In this document: in pieces, positions 1 to 9,463 of the stretch
Layout: each line of letters starts with the position of its first letter
How positions within the stretch are numbered: the first letter of the stretch is position 1
Origin: an uncultured Marinoscillum sp.
Lineage (GTDB): Bacteria > Bacteroidota > Bacteroidia > Cytophagales > MED-G16
DNA length: 64,000 nucleotides
Direction of reading: 5' to 3'
Assembly: GCA_902523065.1 (NCBI GenBank)
Contig: CABYXZ010000001.1
Span: 263,540-327,539 of the forward strand
Program-made: the position numbers and the translations under genes
The notes under the pieces: model-generated
Told to the model about the DNA's origin: nothing
The model's input: the letters and a program-made list of their open reading frames with translations, nothing else
The model's database searches: none

Positions 1-181
1 ACAATTCAATATTTCGAAAATGGTAAATCTGTAAGGAATCAGTATTTAAGAAAAAAATTAGCCCTCTAAGTGAAAAAAAATAAAGAACAATCAAAAGGTC
101 AATTAGCTCAGATAGCAAGGAGAAAAAACACAACAAAAATTAAACCATCAGGAAAAATTTATAAGAGATCAAAAAAAATAG

Positions 182-1717
182 ATGATGAATAAATTATTTT
201 TAATCGCATGCCTTCTAATACCAAATTTACTTTTATCACAAAGTGATGAAAAGATTAAAAAGACAACTTATTCTACAATTCAGAATAATTGGGATAGATT
301 TTTTGAGATGCTATCAATACCTAATGACGGATATGATACCCCAAACATTGAAAAAAATATAATATGGTGTGAGGAAACATTTACAGAACTTGGTTTTGAT
401 GTTGAAAGGGTAATGGCCGAAAGTACTAGCCCAATGATGCCAAATCATCCGCTATTAATTGCAAACAAGTTTATATCAAAAAATTATAAAACTGTTCTGA
501 TTTATTTTCATATGGATGGTCAACCCGTTGACCCTAGTAAGTGGAACCAAGAAAACCCATTTATTCCCATACTTTCTGAAAATGTTGATGGTAAGTGGGT
601 AGAAATAGAAAGAGATAAAATCAAAAACAATCCAAATCCAGATTGGAGAATTTTTGGTAGATCAACTAGTGACGATAAAGGACCTCCTATGATGTTGGTT
701 AATGCATTAGAGGTTCTTGAAAAGCTAAATAAGGAACCTAAATTCAATATAAAATTGATCATTGATTTTCAGGAGGAAATGGGTTCACCAACAGTTGTTA
801 GTGCAGTATCTCTTCACAAAGAAAAACTTAAGTCTGATTTTCTTTTGATAATTGATGGACCAAGACACCCTTCGAATAAACCAACCTTAACATTTGGAGC
901 GAGAGGTATTAGTAGAATCACACTAACCTCATTTGGACCAATTAAACCACAACATAGTGGACATTTTGGTAATTATGCACCAAATCCAGCAATGAATTTA
1001 TCAAAAATTCTTTCGTCAATGAAGGATTATGATGGTAGAGTTGTAATTCCTGGATTCTATGATGGAGTAACCTTTAGCGATGAAATTAAATTAGTAATGG
1101 ATGCAGTTCCAGACGATGAGGATCAAATAAAAAAAGAACTAATGGTAGCATCGGCTGATAAAGTAGGAGAAAATTATCAGGAAGCAATACAGTATCCATC
1201 TTTAAATGTTAGGGGATTACAATCAGGTTGGGTTAGAAAAGAGGTTAGAACAATAGTACCAGACATGGCAATTGCTGAAATTGATGTAAGGCTTGTAAAA
1301 GAAAGTAATCCAGAGAGGTTATTAAACTTAATAAAGAATCATATAATTAAGGAGGGTGCATATGTTATTGAAAATAGAGATCCTTCAGATGAAGAAAGGC
1401 TAACCAAAAAAAATATAATTAGGTTTGACTCAAAAGTAAGTTACCTAGCGTACAGGACTGAGATTAATTCACCTATTGGAAATTGGGCATCCAAAGCGTT
1501 GAAAAAAGCATTTAATGAAGATCCTATTAAGAAAAGAACATCAGGTGGTTCAATACCGATTTCTCCATTTGTGACAACATTAAATGTTCCAGCTTTAACA
1601 TATCCCTCTGTAAATAAAGATAATAATCAGCACAGCCCTAATGAAAATATTAGAGTAGGTAATTTTATTGATGGAACATTAGGCATGGTTTACCTTCTTC
1701 TAGAAAAAATTGATTAA
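182..1717 (+). CDS. M20 family metallopeptidase (dipeptidase-like), exported
   Basis: 511-aa ORF with a hydrophobic N-terminal signal. M20 metal-site style motifs 'FHMDGQPVD', 'GRSTSDDKGP', 'DFQEEMGSP'. Confidence 0.8.
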   Translation: MMNKLFLIACLLIPNLLLSQSDEKIKKTTYSTIQNNWDRFFEMLSIPNDGYDTPNIEKNIIWCEETFTELGFDVERVMAESTSPMMPNHPLLIANKFISKNYKTVLIYFHMDGQPVDPSKWNQENPFIPILSENVDGKWVEIERDKIKNNPNPDWRIFGRSTSDDKGPPMMLVNALEVLEKLNKEPKFNIKLIIDFQEEMGSPTVVSAVSLHKEKLKSDFLLIIDGPRHPSNKPTLTFGARGISRITLTSFGPIKPQHSGHFGNYAPNPAMNLSKILSSMKDYDGRVVIPGFYDGVTFSDEIKLVMDAVPDDEDQIKKELMVASADKVGENYQEAIQYPSLNVRGLQSGWVRKEVRTIVPDMAIAEIDVRLVKESNPERLLNLIKNHIIKEGAYVIENRDPSDEERLTKKNIIRFDSKVSYLAYRTEINSPIGNWASKALKKAFNEDPIKKRTSGGSIPISPFVTTLNVPALTYPSVNKDNNQHSPNENIRVGNFIDGTLGMVYLLLEKID

Positions 1718-1896
1718 TATCTATCAGGTATAATCAACCAGGCAATTAGATAAATAAATATTCCCCCACCAAACATAAAGAAAAAGGCAATAAATAATAG
1801 TCTAAAAATTACAGGATCAATCTCAAAATATTCACCTAAACCTGAACACACTCCTCCTAAAATTCCATTAAAACTATCTCTAAAAACTCTTTTCAT
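1714..1896 (-). CDS. PspC domain-containing membrane protein
   Basis: 60-aa ORF. 'GVCSGLGEYFEIDPVIFRLLFI' is the classic PspC-domain signature and is followed by a TM helix. Confidence 0.75.
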   Translation of the reverse strand: MKRVFRDSFNGILGGVCSGLGEYFEIDPVIFRLLFIAFFFMFGGGIFIYLIAWLIIPDRY

Positions 1897-2530
1897 TTGA
1901 TTTCAATTTAGAGAAAATGTAATTAAAACGCACCTGAGTAGATAAATTTCTAACTGAACTTCCAAAACCACCAGCAGGTCTAATATTTAATATTCCGTAA
2001 GATATATATATGCCTAAACTAAAACTATTTTGGTTATAGGAAATTCCACCTTGAGCTCCAATGTCTAGAGGCTTTAACTTATCATCATAATTACTACCTA
2101 TATTTCCATAAACCTTAGACTTAGTGATGTTGTTTTTTAAATATTCTCTAAAAGCTATTCCTATGTAAGGACCTACTTCTATCGCAAATTGTTTAGAGGA
2201 ATAATATTTCAGTCTAAAAGGTATTTCAAAGTATTTATAGAAGGATTTTACTCTTACTCCAGTTTGATTTATTGTAAAACCTTTTGTTGAATAATTTATC
2301 TCAAATAATAGGCTGTAATCATCTCTAATTAAATACTCTGTATTCAGTCCAAATGCCAGGCCTGGTAGAAAGCCCCTTCCATTATTGAATTGGTCTGAAG
2401 TATTTGAGTTGACGATGGTGGAAAAATTAAATCCTGTATTTAATCCCAACGTAATTTTATCCGTATATCCTTTAAATTGAAAAAAAAATAAAGGTATTAC
2501 TAAATAAAACTTTATTTTTGAATTGATCAT
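1880..2530 (-). CDS. outer-membrane beta-barrel protein (porin-family)
   Basis: Signal-like N-terminus, alternating amphipathic beta-strand pattern with Gly/aromatic girdles, C-terminal aromatic 'F'. Confidence 0.55.
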   Translation of the reverse strand: MINSKIKFYLVIPLFFFQFKGYTDKITLGLNTGFNFSTIVNSNTSDQFNNGRGFLPGLAFGLNTEYLIRDDYSLLFEINYSTKGFTINQTGVRVKSFYKYFEIPFRLKYYSSKQFAIEVGPYIGIAFREYLKNNITKSKVYGNIGSNYDDKLKPLDIGAQGGISYNQNSFSLGIYISYGILNIRPAGGFGSSVRNLSTQVRFNYIFSKLKSNEKSF

Positions 2531-2559
2531 ATCAATAATTTAGTGAATATTATATCATT

Positions 2560-3324
2560 ATGCTATCAGTAAAAAGACTTAATCTTGATTCTTCATGGTC
2601 AATAGATTTTAATTCAGTGAATTTTATTGTAGATCCGTGGTTAATTGGATCAGAGATTGATGGTTTTAAATGGCTAAATGAAGCATGGCATATTAAAGAT
2701 CCTGTTAAGATTGAGGATTTACCAGAATTTAAATTTTTAATGATATCCCAAAATTATGAGGATCACTGCCACATTGAAACTTTAAAAAAAATTTCAGATA
2801 AAAAGCCAATAATAGCAACAGAATTAGCATATAAAAAAATATTAAAACAGTTCCCAAATAGAGAAATAACATTAATGGAAGAAAATAAAAAAACCACATT
2901 TGAGAAACTTGAATTCATTTCTTTGAGACCAAATAAGATTCTTGATCCAATTTACTTTGCTGTTGTGATAATAAATAATAAAAATGAGGCAATATTTTAT
3001 GCACCCCACGGTTTTGTACTAAGTGATGAACAATTAGAACTTATTAAAGACATAAATATTAGTTTACTAATTACAACTTTTACACATTTTAAAATACCAA
3101 AAATTATGGGAGGAGACGTAAATCCTGGGATGGAAAATGTTTACGAACTTTATAAACAACTTTCTCCAAAGAAAACTATAAATACACATGATGAAGAAAA
3201 GAAGGCAAAAGGATTAGTTTCTAATTTAGCAAAAATAAAATACGCTGACTATGATAAAATTGAATCTAATAATGATATTAATTTTATAAGAATTGATAAC
3301 TATAAAAAAACCACAATCAGTTGA
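2560..3324 (+). CDS. MBL-fold (metallo-beta-lactamase-like) hydrolase family protein
   Basis: 'ISQNYEDHCH' sits where the HxHxDH motif of UlaG-like MBL-fold proteins lies, with a later 'APHGF'. The motif is degenerate. Confidence 0.5.
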   Translation: MLSVKRLNLDSSWSIDFNSVNFIVDPWLIGSEIDGFKWLNEAWHIKDPVKIEDLPEFKFLMISQNYEDHCHIETLKKISDKKPIIATELAYKKILKQFPNREITLMEENKKTTFEKLEFISLRPNKILDPIYFAVVIINNKNEAIFYAPHGFVLSDEQLELIKDINISLLITTFTHFKIPKIMGGDVNPGMENVYELYKQLSPKKTINTHDEEKKAKGLVSNLAKIKYADYDKIESNNDINFIRIDNYKKTTIS

Positions 3325-3719
3325 TTTCAAATCTCATAATTTTATTGATTTCTATCGTAAATGTAAAAGATGAGATTCCTTTAGATGATCTGGTTGGTAA
3401 TTGGGAGAGAGTATGTATTGAAAATGACGCTCTTGGATTTCAAGTTTCGCACTGTAGGTTTTTTGGAGATAAAAAAATGTATATTAATGAGTGGAATTAT
3501 ATTGAAATGACATTCAGAAATGGTGAAAGAAGATTTTATGATTTTAAATTAGATGGGGATAAAATTCAAATTTTTTATAAATACAGAGAAAATATTGAGA
3601 GTGTGCTAAGCATAAATGGAGACACACTTAAAATTGAATCTAATCAAGTTTACAATGATATGATGAATAGAAAATATGATGCAAACCGAAACAGTGTCTA
3701 TTTTGTTAGAGGAGACTAG
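3321..3719 (+). CDS. hypothetical small exported protein
   Basis: 132-aa ORF with a TTG start overlapping the upstream stop by 4 nt. Hydrophobic N-terminus, no recognisable motifs. Confidence 0.35.
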   Translation: MISNLIILLISIVNVKDEIPLDDLVGNWERVCIENDALGFQVSHCRFFGDKKMYINEWNYIEMTFRNGERRFYDFKLDGDKIQIFYKYRENIESVLSINGDTLKIESNQVYNDMMNRKYDANRNSVYFVRGD

Positions 3720-4372
3720 ACAATAGACATCATTAATAAGAAGTGTGAAGCTGATGCAAGAAGTACAAAAATATGCCAAATAACGTGATTGTATTTGAGG
3801 TTATTGAAAGAATAAAAAGCAGCTCCAAAAGTATATAATAGACCACCCAAAACCATCAGATTTACCTGATACTCTGAGAAATAAATTAGGATATTTTGAA
3901 ATTCAATAACTATTAGCCAGCCCATTATCAAATAAAATACGAGGGAAAGGTTTTTGTATAAATTAAAGAAAAATATTTTATGTAAAGTTCCTATAATAGC
4001 CATAAACCAGATTATCAATAGTATATTCTCCCCTACTTCTGTATTTAAATAAATGACTATTGGTGGTGTATAAGAACCTGCTATCAAAAAATAAATACTT
4101 ACATGATCAAGTTTTTGAAGTACATTGGAGTACCTAGTGTCAATTAAATAATGATATAAACTTGAGGACAGATACATAAAGATTAGAGATGAACCATAGA
4201 CCAATGAACATATTAAGTTTTTTATTGATGAATTATCGAAATCTAGAGAGTTATAAATTAAAATACTTACTCCAATAAGACTAAGTATAAGGCCAAAAAA
4301 ATGAGTTATAAAATTATATTTCTTCTCAAATTCAGATTCTTTTCTCTCCTTAAAAATATTATTAATCATCAA
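3716..4372 (-). CDS. hemolysin III / PAQR family membrane protein
   Basis: Seven predicted TM segments. Conserved PAQR histidines ('SSLYHY', 'LDHVSIY', C-terminal 'HVIWHIFVLLASASHF'). Confidence 0.8.
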   Translation of the reverse strand: MMINNIFKERKESEFEKKYNFITHFFGLILSLIGVSILIYNSLDFDNSSIKNLICSLVYGSSLIFMYLSSSLYHYLIDTRYSNVLQKLDHVSIYFLIAGSYTPPIVIYLNTEVGENILLIIWFMAIIGTLHKIFFFNLYKNLSLVFYLIMGWLIVIEFQNILIYFSEYQVNLMVLGGLLYTFGAAFYSFNNLKYNHVIWHIFVLLASASHFLLMMSIV

Positions 4373-4439
4373 TAATAATTAAGCTTCTATTTATATATAT
4401 ATTTATGTTTTAAGGTAATTATTTTAGATTAAATAGCTC

Positions 4440-7352
4440 ATGAAAGCAAAAAAAATTAAAAACATTTTTCTCATAACTCTTCTAAGTCTAATATTCAAAG
4501 TTTCAGCCCAAGAAAATGATATCTCTTCTGATTTAAAATGGAGAAATATTGGGCCAGCCAATATGATGGGAAGAATTGCTGCAATTGATGCTAGCAATAA
4601 AGATTACAGAAAAGTTTTAATTGCCTCAGCATCTGGAGGAGTATTTAAATCTGACAATGGAGGTATAACATGGGAGAGTATTTTTGATAATTATGGTGCT
4701 GGATCAATAGGTTCTGTAAAATTTGATCAAAATAATTTAAATACTATATGGGTAGGAACAGGTGAGTCAGCAAACCGTAACTCAAGTGCGTGGGGTGATG
4801 GAATCTACAAATCTGTAGACGGTGGCAAGACTTTTAAAAATATGGGCTTAGAATCCACTCATCAAATTGCTGAAATTGAAATACATCCTAAAAATCCAGA
4901 TATTGTTTACGCTGCTGCAGTAGGACATTTGTGGGGGTATTCTGGTGATAGAGGACTTTTTATGACTAAAGATGGAGGTTCATCATGGAATCGTGTTGAG
5001 GGTGGACTGCCTAATGATGGAAAAACAGGTTGCACAGAGATAATATTTCATCCAGAAAATCCAGATATTATGTTTGCTGGATTTTACCACAGATTGAGAC
5101 AACCTGCTAGTTTTGTGAGTGGAGGAGAACAAGGTGGACTATTCAAAAGTACAGACGGAGGAAAAAACTGGAAGAAAATTACTACGGGTCTTGCCAGAGG
5201 AAAAAGTGGGATGATAGATATATCAATCCATCTAAATAATCCTAAAATAATGGTAATGGCATATGAGGCAGATGAAAATATTCCTGAAAATGAGCCAGGA
5301 ACAGGAGTTTATATTTCATATGATGAAGGTGAATCTTGGAATTTTTTATTAAAACATGCAGTAAGACCTTTCTATCATGGACAGATAGAGATTGATCCAA
5401 TAGATCCAGACAATATTTACGTTGTTTCTAGAGGGTTTATGATATCTAATGACGGAGGTAAAAGTTTTTATCCGAGAAGATGGAGAACAGATGGAGGTGA
5501 TGACCACGACATGTGGATTGCACCTTATGATAATAAAATTATGTATTTAGCAACTGATCAGGGTTCTAGACTATCTATTGATGGTGGTCAAAGTTGGTTA
5601 TCACACAACAATATGGCTATTGGTCAGTACTATGCAATTGGTGTTGATATGCGAGATCCATATTATGTTGGTGGAGGATTGCAAGATAATGGTCTTTGGG
5701 TCACGCCAAGTAACAGCAGAGAGTATAGAGGAATTTTAAATATGCATAGTACGTGGATTGCAGAGGGAGATGGTTTTCATACCCAAATAGATCCTGAGGA
5801 TTGGAAAACTGTATACACAGTTAATCACGTTGGATTTGTTGCAAGGCAAAATATTGAGACAAGAGAATATTCATTTATTACACCTACTCCTGAAACTATT
5901 TCAAATTTTAAAGATTTTGTTGATTATAATTATGATGAGTCAAGAAATAGATATACAATTGACCCTGGTGAACATTGGTTTTTTAGAGAGAGACCTGACA
6001 GACCTCTTTTACCTCCTCAGTTTAGGTTTAATTGGAGTAGTCCATTTATAATTTCATCCCATAACTCAAAAAAAGTCTTATTTGGATCAAATCATCTATT
6101 CCAGTCTTTTGACAGAGGAGACAACTGGAAAATAATAAGTCCAGATCTGACAACAAATGATAAAAAACTTAGAAATACTTCGAATGGAGGTGGCCTGACT
6201 AATAGTAACACTGGAGGTGAAAATCACTTTACAATTATTACAATTAGTGATACTCCTATAGATACAACATTAATATGGGTTGGAACAGATGACGGAAATG
6301 TTCAGGTAACAAGAAACAATGGCGATTCATGGGAAAATGTAAAAAATAATATTGATGGTGTTCCTGAGAAGATATGGGTTAGTAGGGTTGAAGCGTCAAA
6401 ACATTCAAAAGGAAGAGCATATGTATCATTTGATAACCACAGATTTGATGATAATAAACCTTATGTTTTTATTACAGAAGATTATGGGAAAACATGGAGT
6501 AATATATCATCCAATCTACCCCAGGATTATTCAGTTTATGTAATAAAAGAAGATTATGTAGATGAAAATTTACTTTTTGTTGGTACAGAAAAATCTGTCT
6601 ATTTCAGTAATGATAGAGGAACTACCTGGGAACAACTTGGTAGCAATCTTCCAACTGTTGCAATACATGACTTGGTTATTCATCCTAGAGATGGAGATCT
6701 AGTTGCTGGTACTCATGGAAGAAGTATCTGGATTCTTGATGATATTTCACCCTTGCGATTTTTAAATGAAAAAGAAGATAACCTACTACCAACAAGAATT
6801 TCTACCAAATGGGTAAAAATTAATACAGGAAGAAAACAACCTTTTTTCGAGTTTAGAGGTGAAAATCCTCCATACGGGACTTTAATTAATTTTTTCAGTA
6901 CTAGTAATACAAAAGGTGAATTAATAATCTCAAAAAATAATGTAGATGATAATTCTAAAGAACCAATTTTTAGAAAAAGTTTAAATATAAAGGCAGGTAT
7001 AAACAGATTTGTTTGGCCTTTTGAATTAGAGAGAACAGAAGATGAGTTTTTGAGGTATAGAGATAATCTTATTAAAATAAAAAAAGAATTTAAGGGTGTT
7101 GTTATTGATAAGAAAGGACTTGACAAATATAATTTTATTGATCAAAAATCTTTTACTGATCTAAATAAAGTAAGAAAAAGCTTTCTTGATGATTACGGAA
7201 TGTATGCCGGTGGTGTAAAAGTTTTTGATTACAAACTATATGATAATTTTGAAGCAGATGAGGGTATATATAATGTTGAGATACGACTTAATAACGGCAA
7301 AAAATTTACAGATAAAATTATTGTTAGAGAAGACCCACTTAAATCTAATTAA
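4440..7352 (+). CDS. BNR/Asp-box repeat (sortilin/VPS10-like) beta-propeller protein, secreted
   Basis: 970 aa with a signal peptide. At least 11 Asp-box repeats of type S-x-D-x-G-x-(T/S)-W (e.g. 'SDNGGITWES', 'TKDGGSSWNR', 'STDGGKNWKK', 'TEDYGKTWSN', 'SNDRGTTWEQ'). Confidence 0.8.
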   Translation: MKAKKIKNIFLITLLSLIFKVSAQENDISSDLKWRNIGPANMMGRIAAIDASNKDYRKVLIASASGGVFKSDNGGITWESIFDNYGAGSIGSVKFDQNNLNTIWVGTGESANRNSSAWGDGIYKSVDGGKTFKNMGLESTHQIAEIEIHPKNPDIVYAAAVGHLWGYSGDRGLFMTKDGGSSWNRVEGGLPNDGKTGCTEIIFHPENPDIMFAGFYHRLRQPASFVSGGEQGGLFKSTDGGKNWKKITTGLARGKSGMIDISIHLNNPKIMVMAYEADENIPENEPGTGVYISYDEGESWNFLLKHAVRPFYHGQIEIDPIDPDNIYVVSRGFMISNDGGKSFYPRRWRTDGGDDHDMWIAPYDNKIMYLATDQGSRLSIDGGQSWLSHNNMAIGQYYAIGVDMRDPYYVGGGLQDNGLWVTPSNSREYRGILNMHSTWIAEGDGFHTQIDPEDWKTVYTVNHVGFVARQNIETREYSFITPTPETISNFKDFVDYNYDESRNRYTIDPGEHWFFRERPDRPLLPPQFRFNWSSPFIISSHNSKKVLFGSNHLFQSFDRGDNWKIISPDLTTNDKKLRNTSNGGGLTNSNTGGENHFTIITISDTPIDTTLIWVGTDDGNVQVTRNNGDSWENVKNNIDGVPEKIWVSRVEASKHSKGRAYVSFDNHRFDDNKPYVFITEDYGKTWSNISSNLPQDYSVYVIKEDYVDENLLFVGTEKSVYFSNDRGTTWEQLGSNLPTVAIHDLVIHPRDGDLVAGTHGRSIWILDDISPLRFLNEKEDNLLPTRISTKWVKINTGRKQPFFEFRGENPPYGTLINFFSTSNTKGELIISKNNVDDNSKEPIFRKSLNIKAGINRFVWPFELERTEDEFLRYRDNLIKIKKEFKGVVIDKKGLDKYNFIDQKSFTDLNKVRKSFLDDYGMYAGGVKVFDYKLYDNFEADEGIYNVEIRLNNGKKFTDKIIVREDPLKSN

Positions 7353-9459
7353 TATTTCCTTCAGCCAATCTGATTAAAAAGTCAGCAGTACCTTTATTTA
7401 CTTTCATTTGATTTTCAAACATCATAAAATGATGAGTATCATCAACTATAACCATAATCTCCATATAAACTTTTTTCTTCCTTAATCTTTGTACTAAATC
7501 AGTACTCTGTTTAAAGTATACATTTCTATCATCATCGGCGTGAATGATTAATACTGGAGATTTCCATGTATCTATATCTGCGATAGGAGAAGATTTCCAG
7601 GCTGTCTCTCTTGCTAAATCGTAATCGGGGGCTTTCTCATAATTGATTGAGTTTAAATATCCATATAAAGTTCTATCGTGTACTCCATGTATATCTACAC
7701 CACCAGAAAATAAATCTGAATCTCTACCAAGAGCCATAGCTGTTAAATATCCTCCATAACTTCCACCATAAACATAAATTCTATCTTTATCAATATTATT
7801 TTGTTGATTGAGCCATAAACCTGCAGCTTTCACGTCTCTATATTCTGACGCACCCTTGGTACCTCCATCGACTGGATTATGGAACTCAAATCCATAACCA
7901 ATTCCAAGTCTATAATTAACAGAGATAACTACAAAACCTTTATTAGCTAAGTATTGATTTAAAGCGTATGCATTAGAGTAATAAGATGAGTAGTGCCATC
8001 CTAATAACATTTGTCTTGGTGGGCCTCCGTGAATATAAATCACAGCAGGCTTATTTTTTTTATTGTCCTTTTTCTCAAATTTTGTAGCATATACTTCAAT
8101 TCCATCAGTAGATTTAAATTTTATCTGAGTTGGAATTACCATCTTGTCAGAAGGAAAATCATTAGGTATCCTGTCTTCTGATAACAATTTAATTTTATTA
8201 TTATTCAGATTTAATACTGAAGGCAAAGGGGGCCTGGTTGATGTTGCACTTATGAATGCAACATTGTTTAAGTCTCCAGTAATTAGAGGAGTCCACTCAA
8301 GTCCAATACCATTAGTAAGAACTTTCATGTCTGACTTATCTACTGATACTTTTACGATATGTCTTCTGTCTATATCATACTCATCATCCCCCGTATTTGC
8401 GGTAAACACTAGTGATTTTTTATCAGGAGATAATTTAATGTACTCACACATAAAGTTTCCTGGGGTAAGTAGGGTTGGTTCTCCGCCACTTTCTGGTATG
8501 GAATATAAATGTTGCCATCCATCGTGGTATGAAAGAAAGACTATGCTTTTGTGCGCCCAGTGCAGATTAGCACCACCCTGAGTCCTTGGGTATGATCCTC
8601 TAATAGTTTTGGGAGCTTCCCACAATTCTTCACTTACCATTGTATTTATGTCTGACTTCACAAGTTTCCACGGTACATGTCTTGCTCCGAGTATTGAGTC
8701 AGGTTCTCCAGCAGCTCCTGGTTGTCTTATGTAAACAATCTCATTTCCGTCAGGAGACCACCTAGGAGATGTGTCTCTATCAAAAGATGGATTAATCCAC
8801 TTTATATTACTTTTTTCATCTTTATAAACTCCAATAAAAGATCTATCACCTCTATAAGAAACAAATGCTATTTTTGAACCGTCGGGAGACCAAGAATGAG
8901 ATCCATTTCTTCCTCTTGAATGAAAGAGTTTTTTTGATTCACCTTCACCATCAATTGAAGAAATCCATAATTGTCCATCTTTGGTATAAACAACTTCTTT
9001 ACTTGATGGCGATATTACAGGATTTTCAATAGCTTCTTCATCAATTGCTTCGTCAATCATAATTGGATCACCACCACTAAAGGGGATACTCCAAATCTGA
9101 ACCTTAGGGGGATCAGGATTAAATGTAGGATTCACTGGAAGTCCATCATCCCAGTTAGAACCATAATCTCCTCCTCTTATATATACAATCCATTTACCAT
9201 CTGAGGAAATTGAAACACTTGATAATTCTTGACCGGTATCCTCCAAGTATGAGGTTAACTTTTTGGCAATAAAGGAAGGTCCTTCAGCGACGTATAAATT
9301 TCTTTTTCCCTCTTCATCAAATGCCCAAGCAATCCTTGATGTCTCTGAAGATCCTGTTAGCTCATTTGGGAATGGATATGATTTAATCTGATCTAAAGTA
9401 AAGTTTGATTGAGAATAAGAGAGATTAGTTATAAATAAAAGTAGTACAAAATATCTCAT
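7345..9459 (-). CDS. S9 family serine peptidase (prolyl oligopeptidase/DPP-like) with N-terminal TolB-like beta-propeller
   Basis: Signal peptide. Repeated 'SPDG' propeller blades ('WSPDGSKIAF', 'WSPDGNEIVY'). Nucleophile elbow 'YGGSYGGYLT'. C-terminal 'HADDD...H'. Confidence 0.85.
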   Translation of the reverse strand: MRYFVLLLFITNLSYSQSNFTLDQIKSYPFPNELTGSSETSRIAWAFDEEGKRNLYVAEGPSFIAKKLTSYLEDTGQELSSVSISSDGKWIVYIRGGDYGSNWDDGLPVNPTFNPDPPKVQIWSIPFSGGDPIMIDEAIDEEAIENPVISPSSKEVVYTKDGQLWISSIDGEGESKKLFHSRGRNGSHSWSPDGSKIAFVSYRGDRSFIGVYKDEKSNIKWINPSFDRDTSPRWSPDGNEIVYIRQPGAAGEPDSILGARHVPWKLVKSDINTMVSEELWEAPKTIRGSYPRTQGGANLHWAHKSIVFLSYHDGWQHLYSIPESGGEPTLLTPGNFMCEYIKLSPDKKSLVFTANTGDDEYDIDRRHIVKVSVDKSDMKVLTNGIGLEWTPLITGDLNNVAFISATSTRPPLPSVLNLNNNKIKLLSEDRIPNDFPSDKMVIPTQIKFKSTDGIEVYATKFEKKDNKKNKPAVIYIHGGPPRQMLLGWHYSSYYSNAYALNQYLANKGFVVISVNYRLGIGYGFEFHNPVDGGTKGASEYRDVKAAGLWLNQQNNIDKDRIYVYGGSYGGYLTAMALGRDSDLFSGGVDIHGVHDRTLYGYLNSINYEKAPDYDLARETAWKSSPIADIDTWKSPVLIIHADDDRNVYFKQSTDLVQRLRKKKVYMEIMVIVDDTHHFMMFENQMKVNKGTADFLIRLAEGNIN

Positions 9460-9463
9460 CTAA

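Noticed and set aside
1-69. Possible 3' end of a plus-strand gene cut by the window edge (...TIQYFENGKSVRNQYLRKKLAL*)
   Set aside because: Only 22 codons are visible and no motif is recognisable, so it cannot be supported as a feature.
520-762. Short ORFs lying antisense or out of frame inside long, well-supported genes. Examples: 520..762, 5830..6051, 6352..6543, 6713..7126, 8144..8581, 10002..10217, 11863..12060, 12886..13068, 13276..13482, 13774..14010, 14086..14304, 17558..17851, 17979..18428, 21110..21661, 26279..26512, 29907..30170, 30561..30884, 31266..31499, 34861..35049, 36938..37234, 41816..42024, 42445..42627, 43370..43597, 44176..44397, 46191..46424, 49807..50010, 50569..50760, 51537..51776, 52098..52295, 54018..54239, 56008..56259, 56963..57157, 57766..58002, 58896..59261, 60449..60666, 61456..61713, 61848..62081
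   Set aside because: All are fully embedded in longer ORFs that carry clear family motifs. Their translations are low-complexity (Ser/Leu/Phe/Ile-rich), as expected from reading AT-rich coding DNA in the wrong frame. None has a signal, motif or independent start context.
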